From Paraspadella gotoi (lineage: Eukaryota; Animalia; Chaetognatha), in contig CM119264.1 in assembly GCA_051294375.1 (NCBI GenBank), positions 19,103,590 to 19,167,589 on the forward strand: a DNA stretch of 64,000 nt, read 5' to 3'. The position numbers and the translations under genes were made by a program. The notes beneath the pieces are model-generated. The model was not told where the DNA came from. It did not search any database and worked only from the letters and a program-made list of their open reading frames with translations. This document shows positions 26,713 to 39,033 of this stretch, piece after piece (the first letter of the stretch is position 1; every line of letters starts with the position of its first letter).

Positions 26713-29106
26713 AGTAAAGAAAGTGAGTTCCCCACCGGTTACGACTGGTTTGAAGGAATCCACGATAAAAAGGTTATTTAATTCATTGAGATCATGTGAT
26801 CCGGTTCGAACTTCGTTCCTGGTCATAGGGCGAGGACGAAAACGACGACGAAGATGACAACGACGACGACCGTGAAAACAAAAACCTCATCGTCGACCAA
26901 AGTATAAAAAGGGCTGGAGTCAATCTCGTTGAACATTTAAACCGAAAAATCTAAATCATTTTTTCGTGAATTTTAATTCTAATGCTGATTACACCTTTAT
27001 ACCTCGATCCAATGTAACGTTATCAAATCTGCTCATGAACGTAAGTACATATTTATTTTTACGAGACCGAAATATATAGTTTTAGATGCACTGTTAAAAA
27101 AATTAGATAGGTTACATACAAATTTCTAAAGAGCTCTGATATAAATTTGAATTTTCTTTTTGACTAAGTTAAACGCAACGCTTAAATGAAAGAATTAACA
27201 ATTATATCAAAGTTTATTTTCTCCTTTCATACTTCAGAAAGTGGTCTCGAAAAAAACAAATTAACCGTCGCGAAGCGAAACCTCAAGCTGCTTGTTAAAC
27301 TGACCAATAATAAAAACTCAGACCTCGACGTCTCCTTTAGAAATCCGGATCAAGGTGGGAGAAGTGAAAGGAAGAGAGATAAAATGTACAATGAAACAAT
27401 GTAACAAAGTAACAAAGTGACTTCCCCTTCCCAAATTGAATTATTAGATAAATAAAACATTTTTAAAATAGAAAGCAATATATATTTATTTAAATAATAT
27501 AGATTAAATACTAAATCCTTCATAAAATATAAAACTAGAAAATAGTGAAACAAGTAATTTGCAAATTTCCATATACATTATTTAGGGTTTACTCCTTAAC
27601 TTGTCATAAAAATATTTATCGATAGTAGCGTCGATCGTTATTATTGTTCGATCAGATTAATTTTTTTTAAGAGAAAGAGTGTGTTTGTTGCTCCTGCAAT
27701 ATTGGTAAATTAATATTTTAATCCATCCAAATTTAATTTCTACTTAACAAAAAATTATCCCCTAAAAAAATTTTTCTTGGGTCACGCTTCACAATCATAC
27801 GACTTTATGGTGCGTGAAGAATTCGAGGAAAGACTAGAGCGAGGATTTACGGCCCATTCCAGGGGAATCGTTTTCCCCGTATTTTATCTCGCGATAAACG
27901 TTCGAATTTTTTGTCGGAAGAAAGTGGTTGCGGGAGTTTTATTTTCTTTTCCTTTACCTTAGTCTAGAATGTAATTATGGTTACATTTTTAATAGGCTTG
28001 TGAATTGAACATTGAATCGATTTTGAAAGCAGGTCTTTACCCTCCAAACGGCGAGTTTCGATGTTTTCTCGACCGATCGATCCTCGTCTCCAATCAATTT
28101 CTTTTCCCGCTCTCCTCGCACTTTCCCCTTCTTTTTTTTTTTTACCTCAAAACGACTCAAACCTTTTTGCGCTTTTTTGTGTCACTTTCAGCGACGAGAA
28201 AGCTTTTTTGTTTTGATTTCTATCGATTGTTTTTACTTTTCATTTCGCTAAATTCACATTCGTCGTTGTCGCGGTTTTTTTTTTCCCCTCGTTTAATTTC
28301 GAAAGAGTTCTATTTTTATGTAGCTTCCCACTATTTCTATTTTCCCTCCTTTATCCCCAGACAACGTATTTCCTGCGTGCCCTTTCAGACAACAATTCCG
28401 ATAAATCCCCTTGTTGTCATCCTTCGCACGAAATCTGTAAAGGTCAGTTTTGCGACAGGTATTGGGCGCTTCCCGCTCGTCATTGCGCTAAAAAAACGGT
28501 TTGGTTGACTGAAGAAGTGACGGACTGCTGTCAAGGGGGGCGGGATATACGAAAAGCGTGCTTTTATTTATCATTTGATCAAATCAGCAAAGCAAGATTC
28601 TTCCTTAACTCTCGGGGGGCCGCGTGGATGCACCCTTTTGGGTGAGGTGAAGGAGAAGTAAACCGAGTGGCGTTGGAGGTGCCAATTTTGATCGATTTTG
28701 CGAAAAACCACTATAAAATGAAGGGAGTTAAATGAGTAAATGAGATTGAGTGGCAAGAAAAATTAAAGTGAGGTTAATATGGGAAAACTTACAGTCGAAA
28801 TAGAGAGGGTTTGATAATTACGTAGACAGCTATATCTCCATGAGATATCAATAGTGACGCAAAAACATAAAGACTTCATTATTAAACGGCTTCGTAAGTG
28901 AAGCCATGAAGCACGACCAGATGACGCTTCAAAAAAGACGACAAATACATCACTTTCTTTAAAAAAAAAGAAGTAAACATTGACCTAACAATAGAAACAG
29001 TTTTCTTGGGGCCCGAGGCCTTAGTCAACTGGAAATTACAAAACAGTGGGAAATCAAAATATAAATCATCATTTAATTTCAGAACAAACGTTCCCGAATC
29101 TACGAA

Positions 29107-29784
29107 ATGGAAATTCTAAAGAGAGTTCCGATTCACGACGCTGACGGGCGGCGTCTCGTTGAAAAGCCGATAAGGTAGAGAATGAATTCGGTTGTTGTGA
29201 TTTTTTACAGTGTCGTTTTTGATCGTAAATTTACATTTTTTTCTTCGGTGTCATAAATATAGTTAAACCTTAAACTGATGCAGTGATGCCCACTCAAAAG
29301 AATGTTTATAATAATCTAATAATTCGTTTTGTGATTTTTTTTTTTTTTTTTGCTCTTCACTCTTTATATTTTCATATTTTCAGGCATGCACCGTCTGAGC
29401 CCACGGAATTGACGGCTGAAAATCTTTCCTCGGAAATTCTCGCTCACTTTGATTTTTTTCTCTTCGACTGCGACGGAGTGATTTGGAAAGAGGACTCCGT
29501 CACTCCGATTTCGGGAGTGCCTCAGACTTACAAGCTGTTAAAGGAGATGGGGAAAACGGTGAGAAAGATACGATTGATTGATTTGTTGATTGAAATGTTT
29601 TGTTAATGTTTTTATTGACTTGATTAATGTATTACATTCAATGATTGAATTTAATTATTGATGAACATGGTTGCAGGTCTTCTTCGTGACCAACAACGCC
29701 CAGTTGTCTCGGATTCAATACTCTGCGAAATTTCCAAGATTTGGCCTTGACGTGCCGTTGGGGAATATTTACTCCTCAGGTTGG

Positions 29785-29824
<40 letters not shown>

Positions 29825-31677
29825 CTCTCTTCTCAGATCGTCGCTCTTTCGTTGCCCAGGCTACGCCACGGTCATACGTGAAGACGTGAAAAAAAAAAAT
29901 TTTTCCAGACACGGGCGGGCAAAGTTTCGCTGCGTTGATGAGGGACTCGCGCAAGGTCAGTCCTTGAGTCGGTCTCATAGACTGAAAACTGGCCGCTTTT
30001 ACTATCAATGTTTCTATATTTATTATTTATTAATTCTTTTCTGTTTCCTTCGGGTTTTCATCGAGAATAGGGATCAAAGCATTTTGAAAAGTAAACTAAC
30101 ACCGTACTATGAATTTACGAAGTCAGTTTTCTCGAGAACGATGAAACAGAGGAAAAAAAGAGAGAAGGGAGTTTTTTCCTTAAATTAATTACGGAGGCGA
30201 AAAACCAAGTGCCGATAAACAGAACGTCGCCCCAATTTAAGGAAATCCAAATTACACATGTGAGACATCGTACATTCCTGGTTCTTCTAATTATTACTTT
30301 TGAGTTCGATAAAACAAAGGATGCAAAAACCAATGAAAACGTCATGAAACGTAATCATCTAACTCTTTTGTAAATTCATTTTTTCTTTTCGCAGAATTGG
30401 AAGGCAGACGAAATCCCTTACATCGGATACGGTCCGACTCCACCACATTCTTCCTTTATAGGTGAGTAAATGAGGATCAATGAAGTCTTTTGGGGTCCAC
30501 AAAAATTTCTGAAAACCGAATTAGAAAAAATAACCTGTTTTTGGTGGAACACCAGATGCAACCTGACGACATCAAAAGTTTAAACTCGATCCAGACGTCA
30601 AGCAGTCATCGCCGGAGTGCGATCCTTGGCTCTCCAACATCAAAACTGTTCAAGGTTTCAAAACTTTTTCGATCTTTTGTTTTTGACTGCGATTTTGATC
30701 TGGACTTCTGTTTTTCTAATTAGAAGTTCAGATGACTGATCTGTCTCNNNNNNNNNNNNNNNNNNNNNNNNNTCTCTCTCTCTCTCAATCTCGCTCTTTC
30801 GTTGCCAGGCTACGCCACGGTCAAATACGTGAAGAACGTGATTCCACACGGCGGCAAAGTTTACGCCTGCGTTGATGAGGGACTCGCCAAGGTCAGTCCT
30901 TGAATCGGCTCAAGACTGAAAAACTGTGGCCGCTTTTACTATCAATGTTTCTATATTTATTATTTATTAATCTTTTCTGTTCTCCTTCGGGTTTTCATCG
31001 AGAATAGGGAATCAAAGCATTTTGAAAAGTAAAACTAACACCGTACTATGAATTTACGAGTCAGTTTTCTCGAGAACATGAAACAGAGAAAAACAAGAGA
31101 GAAGGGAGTTTTTTCCTTAATTAATTACGGAGGAAAAACCAAGTGCCCGATAAACAGAACGTCGCCCCAATTAAGGAAATCAAATTACACATGTGATGAC
31201 ATCGTACATCCTGGGTTCTTCTCAATTATTACTTTTGAGTTCGATATAAAACAAAGGATGCAAAAACCAATGAAAAACGTCATGAAACGTGAATCATCTT
31301 AAATCTTTGTTAAATCATTTTTTCTCTTTGCGCAGATTGGAAGGCCAACGAAATCCCTTACATCGGATACGGTCCGGACTCCGACCACATTCTGTCCTTT
31401 TAGGTGAGTAAATGAGGATCAATGAAGTCTTTTGGGGGTCCCAACAAAAATTTCTGAAAACCGATTAGAAAAAAAACCTGTTTTTTGGTGGAACCAGATG
31501 CACCCTGGACGACATCAAAAGGTTTAAACTCGATCCAGACGTCAAAGCAGTCATCGCCGGAGTCGATCCTTGGCTCTCCAACATCAAACTGTTCAAGGTT
31601 TCAAACTTTTTCGATCTTTTGTTTTGACTGCGATTTTGTCTGGATTCTTGTTTTTCTAATTAGAAGTTCAGATGACT

Positions 31678-31745
<68 letters not shown>

Positions 31746-32968
31746 TTTCAGTTCATCACGTCGCTTTCAATATTTTTAGATTCATTTCAGATTCAAATTC
31801 AGATGAATTTGTTTTTCCCTTTCCGTCTTTCTCTCGCAGGCGGCGTCTTATCTCGTGAGCAGCGACTGCATCTACGTTGCGACGGACGAACACGAGGGGG
31901 TGGATGTCTGTCCTGGATACAGAATGCCAGCGGCGGGTAAAACGAAACATTCACTTCATATAACCTGTAAACAAAAAAATAAACAAACCTGTAAACATAG
32001 CGCGGTTCATAAGATTAACAAACGAACAAAAAGTCAAAAAATCAAAATTTTAAACTGCATGATTCTTTGTATATAGTAGAAGTAGTATTTTTCTTATAAT
32101 AAAAATATTAATTCTAACTGTAAAAACTTTAAAATTTAAGGTTATGCCCGAAATTAGATATCAATAAATTTTTAAAAGGGAACTCATGAACGAATTAAAT
32201 ATCCCCAAATGCACGAAGAGCCTCAACCTTCAAATCCTATTTCAGGAGCGACGGCGGTGGCCATCACCAATTCATCCAGACGAAAACCCGAAGTCATCGG
32301 AAAACCTAAGTGTCACATGTTCGACATCATCTGTCAGGAGGTATTTTTCACTTGCGCTCTCCGAGGACTCCTCTCTCATCTCCTCTCTGCTCTCTCTCTC
32401 TGTGCTCTCTCTTCTCTCTCTCGCTCTGCTCTCTGCTCTCCTCTCTTCTCTCTCCTGCTTCTCTACTCCCCGCGCGGAGCAAAAAAACGAAAAAAAACAA
32501 AAAAGAGAGGAGATGAGAAAGCNNNNNNNNNNNNNNNNNNNNNNNNNAGAGAGAGAGAGAAAGCGAAATGTAAGTCGGGAGATAGTTTTAATCTTTTTAT
32601 TCCCCATATAATTATTCATTTAACCAGTTTTTATGCAAAATTTTTGGGGATCAATGTTTTGTCTGCGTGTCCCTTTACGAACGATTAGTTGAATTTTTTC
32701 CTTTTTACCTTTAAAACGCGACCGTCCTTTCTTGTCTCAGCACCCTGAAGTCGACCCCAGCCGTACTCTCATGATCGGAGACACACTCGAAGCAGACATG
32801 GGGTTCGCCAAAACGATCGGGGTCAAATCCTGTTTGGTCCTCACCGGCCACACCAAGAGGGCGCAATTGGACTCGATCCTCAAAGGAGGCGGAGCCGGCA
32901 AGGGGGCATCGACCCTTCCGGACTACGTGCTGACCTCTGTCGGCGAGATTCCGCGTTGGTTAGACTAA
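29107..32968 (+). CDS. PGP: HAD class IIA phosphatase (phosphoglycolate / glycerol-3-phosphate / pyridoxal phosphatase-like)
   Basis: FLFDCDGVIW, FFVTNN, DPDVKAVIAGVD, IGKP, TLMIGDTLEADMGF, LVLTG, PDY. Middle exons are duplicated and contain indels. Confidence 0.88.
29786..31742 (+). repeat. About 960-bp tandem duplication of three phosphatase exons and their introns
   Basis: 29786-30747 and 30773-31742 are collinear and differ mostly by 1-bp indels; the junction is an N gap within a (CT)n tract. Confidence 0.9.
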
Positions 32969-33850
32969 AAGGAAAGAGAAAAAGTCAAAAGAAAGACGTT
33001 GAGGAAGAAAGAACTTTAAAAAAAGAGGAAGAAGATAACGGAGGCTGCGATTAATTGGAAGAGAGACGTTGATTCGAAGCGACTAAAAATCAGTCAGCCA
33101 AGGATCAAGAAAATCCGTAAGATCTGCAAATTTGATTATTTCTCCCCCGAGCCCCATTTTTATTTTGCGGTTTGTTGATCTTTTAACTTGCGGTCCATAA
33201 TATCCATTTTATTTTTTATATTTTGCACAACATATCTCTTGACTTATTCACGTTTGTGAATTTTATACATTGGTATTACTTTGCATAATCTTAAATTATA
33301 TTCGTACTTATGTTACTAACTTACTTTATATTTATTTAAAGTCAAGAGCAGGGAAAAAAAAAACTAAAAACGAAATAAACTTTTGAACGCAGAATCTATT
33401 AACAATCATAATTTTCATAATATCTCATAAAAGGATAAATTTGTGTTTTTCATGTAGGCAGTCATGGTGTCGGCCGATCATCTGCTTGGTCGTCGTGAGG
33501 TTAGCTGCTCAGAAAGTGTTCCAAAGTTAATATCCTAGCTATTGAATACTAATTGCAACATCCTAAACCTGCAANNNNNNNNNNNNNNNNNNNNNNNNNN
33601 NNNNNNNNNNNNNNNNNNNNNNNNNNNNNNNNNNNNNNNNNNNNNNNNNNNNNNNNNNNNNNNNNNNNNNNNNNNNNNNNNNNNNNNNNNNNNNNNNNNN
33701 NNNNNNNNNNNNNNNNNNNNNNNNNNNNNNNNNNNNNNNNNNNNNNNNNNNNNNNNNNNNNNNNNNNNNNNNNNNNNNNNNNGCTGTGAAGAAGAAAAGA
33801 ACAAATGGAGTAAAAAGAAAGGGTAAGAGAAAAGTGGACAAAGAAGTCAC

Positions 33851-36800
33851 CATGCCAAACTCTGGTTGAATTGAGGTAGAATGTATCCCTTGATTGTGGA
33901 GAAATTCCTTGACTTGCTCGGCAACTCCTTCATAATCGTCGAAGTTCCTAAATTTGTTTCGATCTATTTTATTTTCACACATTTATCACTTATTTCAATG
34001 TACAAATTGAGNNNNNNNNNNNNNNNNNNNNNNNNNNNNNNNNNNNNNNNNNNNNNNNNNNNNNNNNNNNNNNNNNNNNNNNNNNNNNNNNNNNNNNNNN
34101 NNNNNNNNNNNNNNNNNNNNNNNNNNNNNNNNNNNNNNNNNNNNNNNNNNNNNNCTGAAATTAACATGAAGCGAAGCTATAATTTTTCGACCGGAGAGAC
34201 ACCAGACGTGGAAGTCGTGGATGCCGACGATTCCGTCGACCTCCTCGAGGAGGCGTTCGCCGATGCGGTCGACGAAAATGTGTCCCGGGACGGTTTGCAG
34301 CAGCACCAGCGATGACTCTCTAATAAGTTTATTTGTATCATTACTATTTATCAATGAAGTAAAACTGGTATGAAAATGGCTTTTTAAGGCTTATTTTGTC
34401 CTTTCAATCCATATTTGTGAATAAGTCGCTAAGACTAACCACAACTTCTATAACCCCTCTAGCAGCCATGGAACGGGCTTTGATCCAGGGCGGTTTCCGG
34501 CCGTCCTCATGCATCCCGCAGGGTAGGTACCACTGGGGATCGATCCCGGTACCCAATGGTTCATGTACCTGTTATCTATTACTCAATGTGCCAACGGGTC
34601 TCGACTGAAGGTTACACTGAAGGTTACACGGGGTGAACACTATTTACTTTACAGGTATGTGGTGCAAATGATATGAGGAATCGGACGGAACAGAGAGTCA
34701 GACGGCCGGATCGAACCGTTACAGAGAAGTTCCACCCCTCGTCCCATTGCCTGAATTCATTTGGAAACAAAACTTTCGGACGAGTGCTGGGCAAATTCGT
34801 CTCACCTCATTTGCATTTCTTGCCGGTTTCTTACTATTTTTTTTTTCACTTGGGTTTTACTGATCATGAGGAGCACCAATTCGGTCTCGAAAAAAAGGAG
34901 ATTAGGAAGGAAGAAGTCAGGAAAAATGAAAGAAAGGAAAAGATAGAAAAAAAGAAAGATAAGAAATAAAGAACAAAAAAGGTTTCATGCCAATATGTTT
35001 GCCCGAGAGTTACTCTTATTTTCCACGTTTATTTTCTAGCGTGACATGACATGGACTTAATATACATGACTTGACCGACATGATATATTAATCCGACATG
35101 ACTAAAAAAACTTTGTTGTAGCCTGTGTATTTATGACAGACATTGCATCGGAATATTCTTGTCCTTTTTATTCTTTATACTTTTAGGATTTCCTGAAGGC
35201 GGTGCTAGCATACCCTCAGATTTTAGGTTTTTTTTGTCTCTTAAACAACATGAGCAACTGACTAAAGGCAGTACTCGCGGCCGCTACTCACAAATACAGG
35301 AAATAAAATTTGTATAAAATTAGCAACGAATGAAGAGAATGCAGAAGTAAGTATAAAAAAAAGAGAAAAAATAGTGAATAAAAAGATTTTGAATAGAAAG
35401 AGAGAACAAACATGGAAAAATTGAGAAAAAAGATAAGTCTCACCATATGATGAATACCGAACGATGACGATGACAGATCCGAAAAGGTCGCCGATCAAAT
35501 GAAGAAATCACGCCACGAAGGTTCATGCTTTTTTCTATAAAAAAATAGTAAAATCCTTCACACCTTGTCTCTTATTGTAGAATCAGATTCCACACTTGTC
35601 TAAAATTAGATGATCCGACGATCTAGTTTTTAGAAAAAGAGCGAACTCACCGTGGTGATGGGAATGACGTTTTGGTCAACTGCTTTTTTCTTCAAACTAG
35701 ACTTTTTCGTGTTGAAGGTTCCTCGCTAAAGACAATCGGAAAAGACAGGGGCTTATTCTGGCCCGCTGCCACTGTTTCTCGTCGCTCTCTTTACTTCTCA
35801 GATGTCAAAGTATCCGCTAATCGCTTACCCTTTTCCTTCTCTCCGTATTTTTCCCCTCTCTTGTTATCATCTTCGTTAATCTTTTCTTCCTTCCTTGCGT
35901 GTTCCTTTCGTCTTTTCCCGCGTCCCGACCTATTTGCCCTATCTACCCACTTCTCCTCGCTCCCTTCCTATTTTTCTCCACACCATTTTTCCGCTTTCCC
36001 ACCTCATGATGATGACGCTTGACGTTCTACTGACACTAGTGCCCTCTTCCGGACAATTATCGGCACCAGATGTTGAGGAGACGCTTGTAAAGCACGACGC
36101 GCCCTCTCTCGGCGACGGGTGCTCCGAGTGACGTGATCGATGCGTTTGACGAGAGAGTTTGTCGTCGGTGAACATGTGAATGGACTTTTGAGTGACCTGA
36201 AAGATAAAACGCATTGAGTCTTTCTTGACAGGCGTATCTGAAAGGTTGTCTTTAATCTCGTCAGTCAGTACTTTGATGTGCTAATTTTCCTTAACAATTT
36301 ATATCCTAATAATAGGCGCTTTCACTTTGCTGCATTTTTTAGAAAAAAATGTATTATTAACAACAACAACCGTGGCCTCCATCGCCCCCGTGCGAGTGTC
36401 CATGCGCTCCCAGCAGCACAAGGCCGAAAACGTTGAGTGCCAGTCCGGCGCCGCCCACCACCAGCAACAAGGGGATCTCTTTGATTGGCTCCACGTCGAC
36501 CAATCTGTGCAGCGCTCGGATTGCCAAGCGAACGCAGAGCGCCAGCAAGAAGGCAGAGTTGATGAGGGCGCCCAACACTTCAGTTCTCTTCCATCCGTAG
36601 CTGCGTGGAAAGAAAGGAAATTCAGCGCTATAAATGGCCTTTAAAATGAAAGCTGTAGTTAGATAGGATTAGTAAATCAAAATATTTACTTTAAAAGTAA
36701 AAATGAACAGTAGGAAGGGCTGGTTGAGGAAGGTCGCTCAATAAGCAGGGAAAAATTGGCTCCATCGCATGAGGTTGTTTTGTAATTCGACTAATCCCAA

Positions 36801-37418
36801 AGATTATATAAAACAAACTCTTTGTATTTCTTAAATATTTTTAATCTATCTCATGAAAAATTAACGATGTTTTGCTGTTTTGAAACTCTGCTAATATTAG
36901 TACTAATACTAATACTTACGTGTGCTTTTTAGAGGACCGCGAAGATATTTTCAAACAGTACAACGCGACGATTTGAGCTTGACAAAAAATATTTGACAAA
37001 TTCATGATATTTTCTCGACAAAAAAAAACGAGAATATACCGATGGTATATTCCTGTCTTTACTTGATCTCCGAATCCTGCCGACCCTGCCCCTAACTGCA
37101 CGTTATACTTGAATTTCACCCACATAATAACCATAATAGACAACTCAAATAATCACAACAAAAAGGACGGTACACCACTCTAATTCGCAAACCGATGACG
37201 TCAGAGATCATGTGAAAGGCGTCGCTGGTTAGCGTCATGGCGTTGGTCACGATTCCGACGGAGACTTCGATGATGGCGTAACTGAGCGTCACTATGATCA
37301 TCGCCGTCAAACGCTGCTCTTCGCCGCAGTTGTCGCAGCATTTCCGACCTCTGACTCTGCAGGTGCAGCAGCAGGTGCAGGTGCAGCATCGGGTCGCGCA
37401 AGTGTTCACGCTGCTCAT
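33851..37418 (-). CDS. SLC30A1: Cation diffusion facilitator, ZnT1/ZnT10-like zinc transporter (3' end lost in gaps; several apparent indels)
   Basis: SDAFHMISD, TYGWKRTEVLGALIN, His-rich AHGHSHGG loop, FLHLIGD, RESSLVLLQTVP, IHDFHVWCL, IASLHV, FLHNQGIHSTSIQPEF. Confidence 0.88.
34445..34604 (-). mobile_element. Probable tRNA-derived SINE in a ZnT intron
   Basis: GC-rich island. The minus strand has A-box-like TGGCACATTGAGTAA and B-box-like GGGATCGATCCCC at tRNA spacing, followed by a structured body. Confidence 0.45.
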
Positions 37419-39033
37419 CTTGAGATCGTGGGGAGCTAGGTTGGTGTTGAAGGGAGAGAAAAAAATCGACATCTTTGACGTCGAAACAAATTGTACCTCA
37501 TACTGACTGAATATAGAACTGTCACCTTGACAACCGCGAGACCGTTAATTACATGATAAATGATATATTCATAATAAATGCCAGTTATCTACTTCTTTTC
37601 GTCATTCGTCAAACCGATGAAAGTACATCATACCTTCTCACTCATGTTTCGCCTTCGCTTTCGCCTCATGCAAAATTCATTACCTCTTCTTTGTTTCTCT
37701 CCTTCTTCATTTTTGCCGACGCTGCTGCAGCCTCCTCCGCCGCGGACGCCCCCAGCGGTGTGTTTCTCCATCTTCTCGTTCAAGGTCGAAAAGCTTTAAG
37801 GGTTTTACTTCTTTTTTTATTTTCTTTCCCTAATACCTCTTGTTGGGAATCCGTTGCCGCCTTAGAATAACTAAGTTTAATAACTATCTTGAATAAGTAT
37901 GTTTGATTTTTTAATTCATCCACTAGTTAGTTTTAAAAAGGTACCGCTCTTTTTTCTCCCTATGCTTTAACGTGACTACTCACTTGGGTTATAATTTATT
38001 TTGAGGAAAAGTGGAAAACGAAGAATAAAGTCTATATTTTATTTAGAAAGTACTATTACTAGGTACTTCGAAAAAGTTCAATGAAATATCGAACGAAGAA
38101 TACCTTAATGGTATTAAAAAATCTCTACGGTTGCGATAAGGAATTAATGAATTACGTGAGGCCACGTGTGGGAAAAGAAAAAAAAACTAATAATATAAAT
38201 AATCCCAAAGATTAGAAGAGGATGTAAGCAAGGCGACGACGACGAAGATGGTGCAAAAGGGGTTGAAGATAAATCGGAGAAAGCATCAAGAGCGATCGAA
38301 AAACATTGGGAAGGATTCACCAAGAGTTTTACCCCATGGCGCGAGATGGTTTTCACCTCGGTGAAAAGCATCTCAGACGAAATTCCCCTAAACGACGACC
38401 GCGAAGACGACGACGATGATTTCGATATGAAAAATTCGCCGTTGATGCCCGATTAGCGTCCCGCTATTTTAATCTCGTAATATTTAGACGGAGATAACTC
38501 TCTCGCCTATTATTCCGCAAAACGTCGTTGCCACTCGTTTGATTAACTTCTGTTCTTCACCATCGTCGTCGTCGTCACTGTCGTCGCCCTTCCCACCACC
38601 GAGCTCCGGATTCGATCCCTGGCTTTCCCATGAGCCAAAAAAAAACCAATGATTTTTCCCTCTCGAGTATCGCTTTTCTTTTCTTTCGTCGAGTTATGTC
38701 TGATTTAAGTGTTTCTTTAAATTCAATTTTTTTCGCTTAACTCTTCCTTGTTATGATCTGATACGACAGATTTAAATATTATAACTTCATATTCGTAGAC
38801 ATTGTGTGTGATTTCTCTCTTTTCGTTGTTTTTGAGTTTAGTTTATATTTGACATAAATTCGTTTTCGCTAAACTTCATATTCATATTTATTTTAGAAAA
38901 AATATATTCCAATTCATCACGTAGTTCGGATGCAGGCTACAACAATAAAAATAACAGCCTCAAAATTGACGTCCAGAACAATAACAACAACAAAGCCTGT
39001 ACACGAGTTCTGGGAATAAATCAAAAAAATAAG

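Noticed and set aside
26293-26826. 177-aa hydrophobic ORF, and similar ORFs at 21512-21774, 28005-28508 and 32186-32688
   Set aside because: Products of simple repeats, low-complexity DNA or N gaps; no domain.
26900-27360. TATA-like box plus splice sites suggesting a small + strand gene
   Set aside because: No ATG-initiated frame could be joined into a credible protein.
28509-28545. CTGAAGAAGTGAC...GTCA as a hammerhead
   Set aside because: No GAAA box or cleavage triplet follows.
34460-34570. HDV-like or twister ribozyme in the GC island
   Set aside because: Helix spacing and pseudoknot pairings could not be satisfied.
34650-36200. ZnT as a pseudogene because of frameshifts (e.g. extra A in RGVFLHLIGD)
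   Set aside because: The region is gap- and indel-rich and all key motifs are conserved; sequencing error is more likely.
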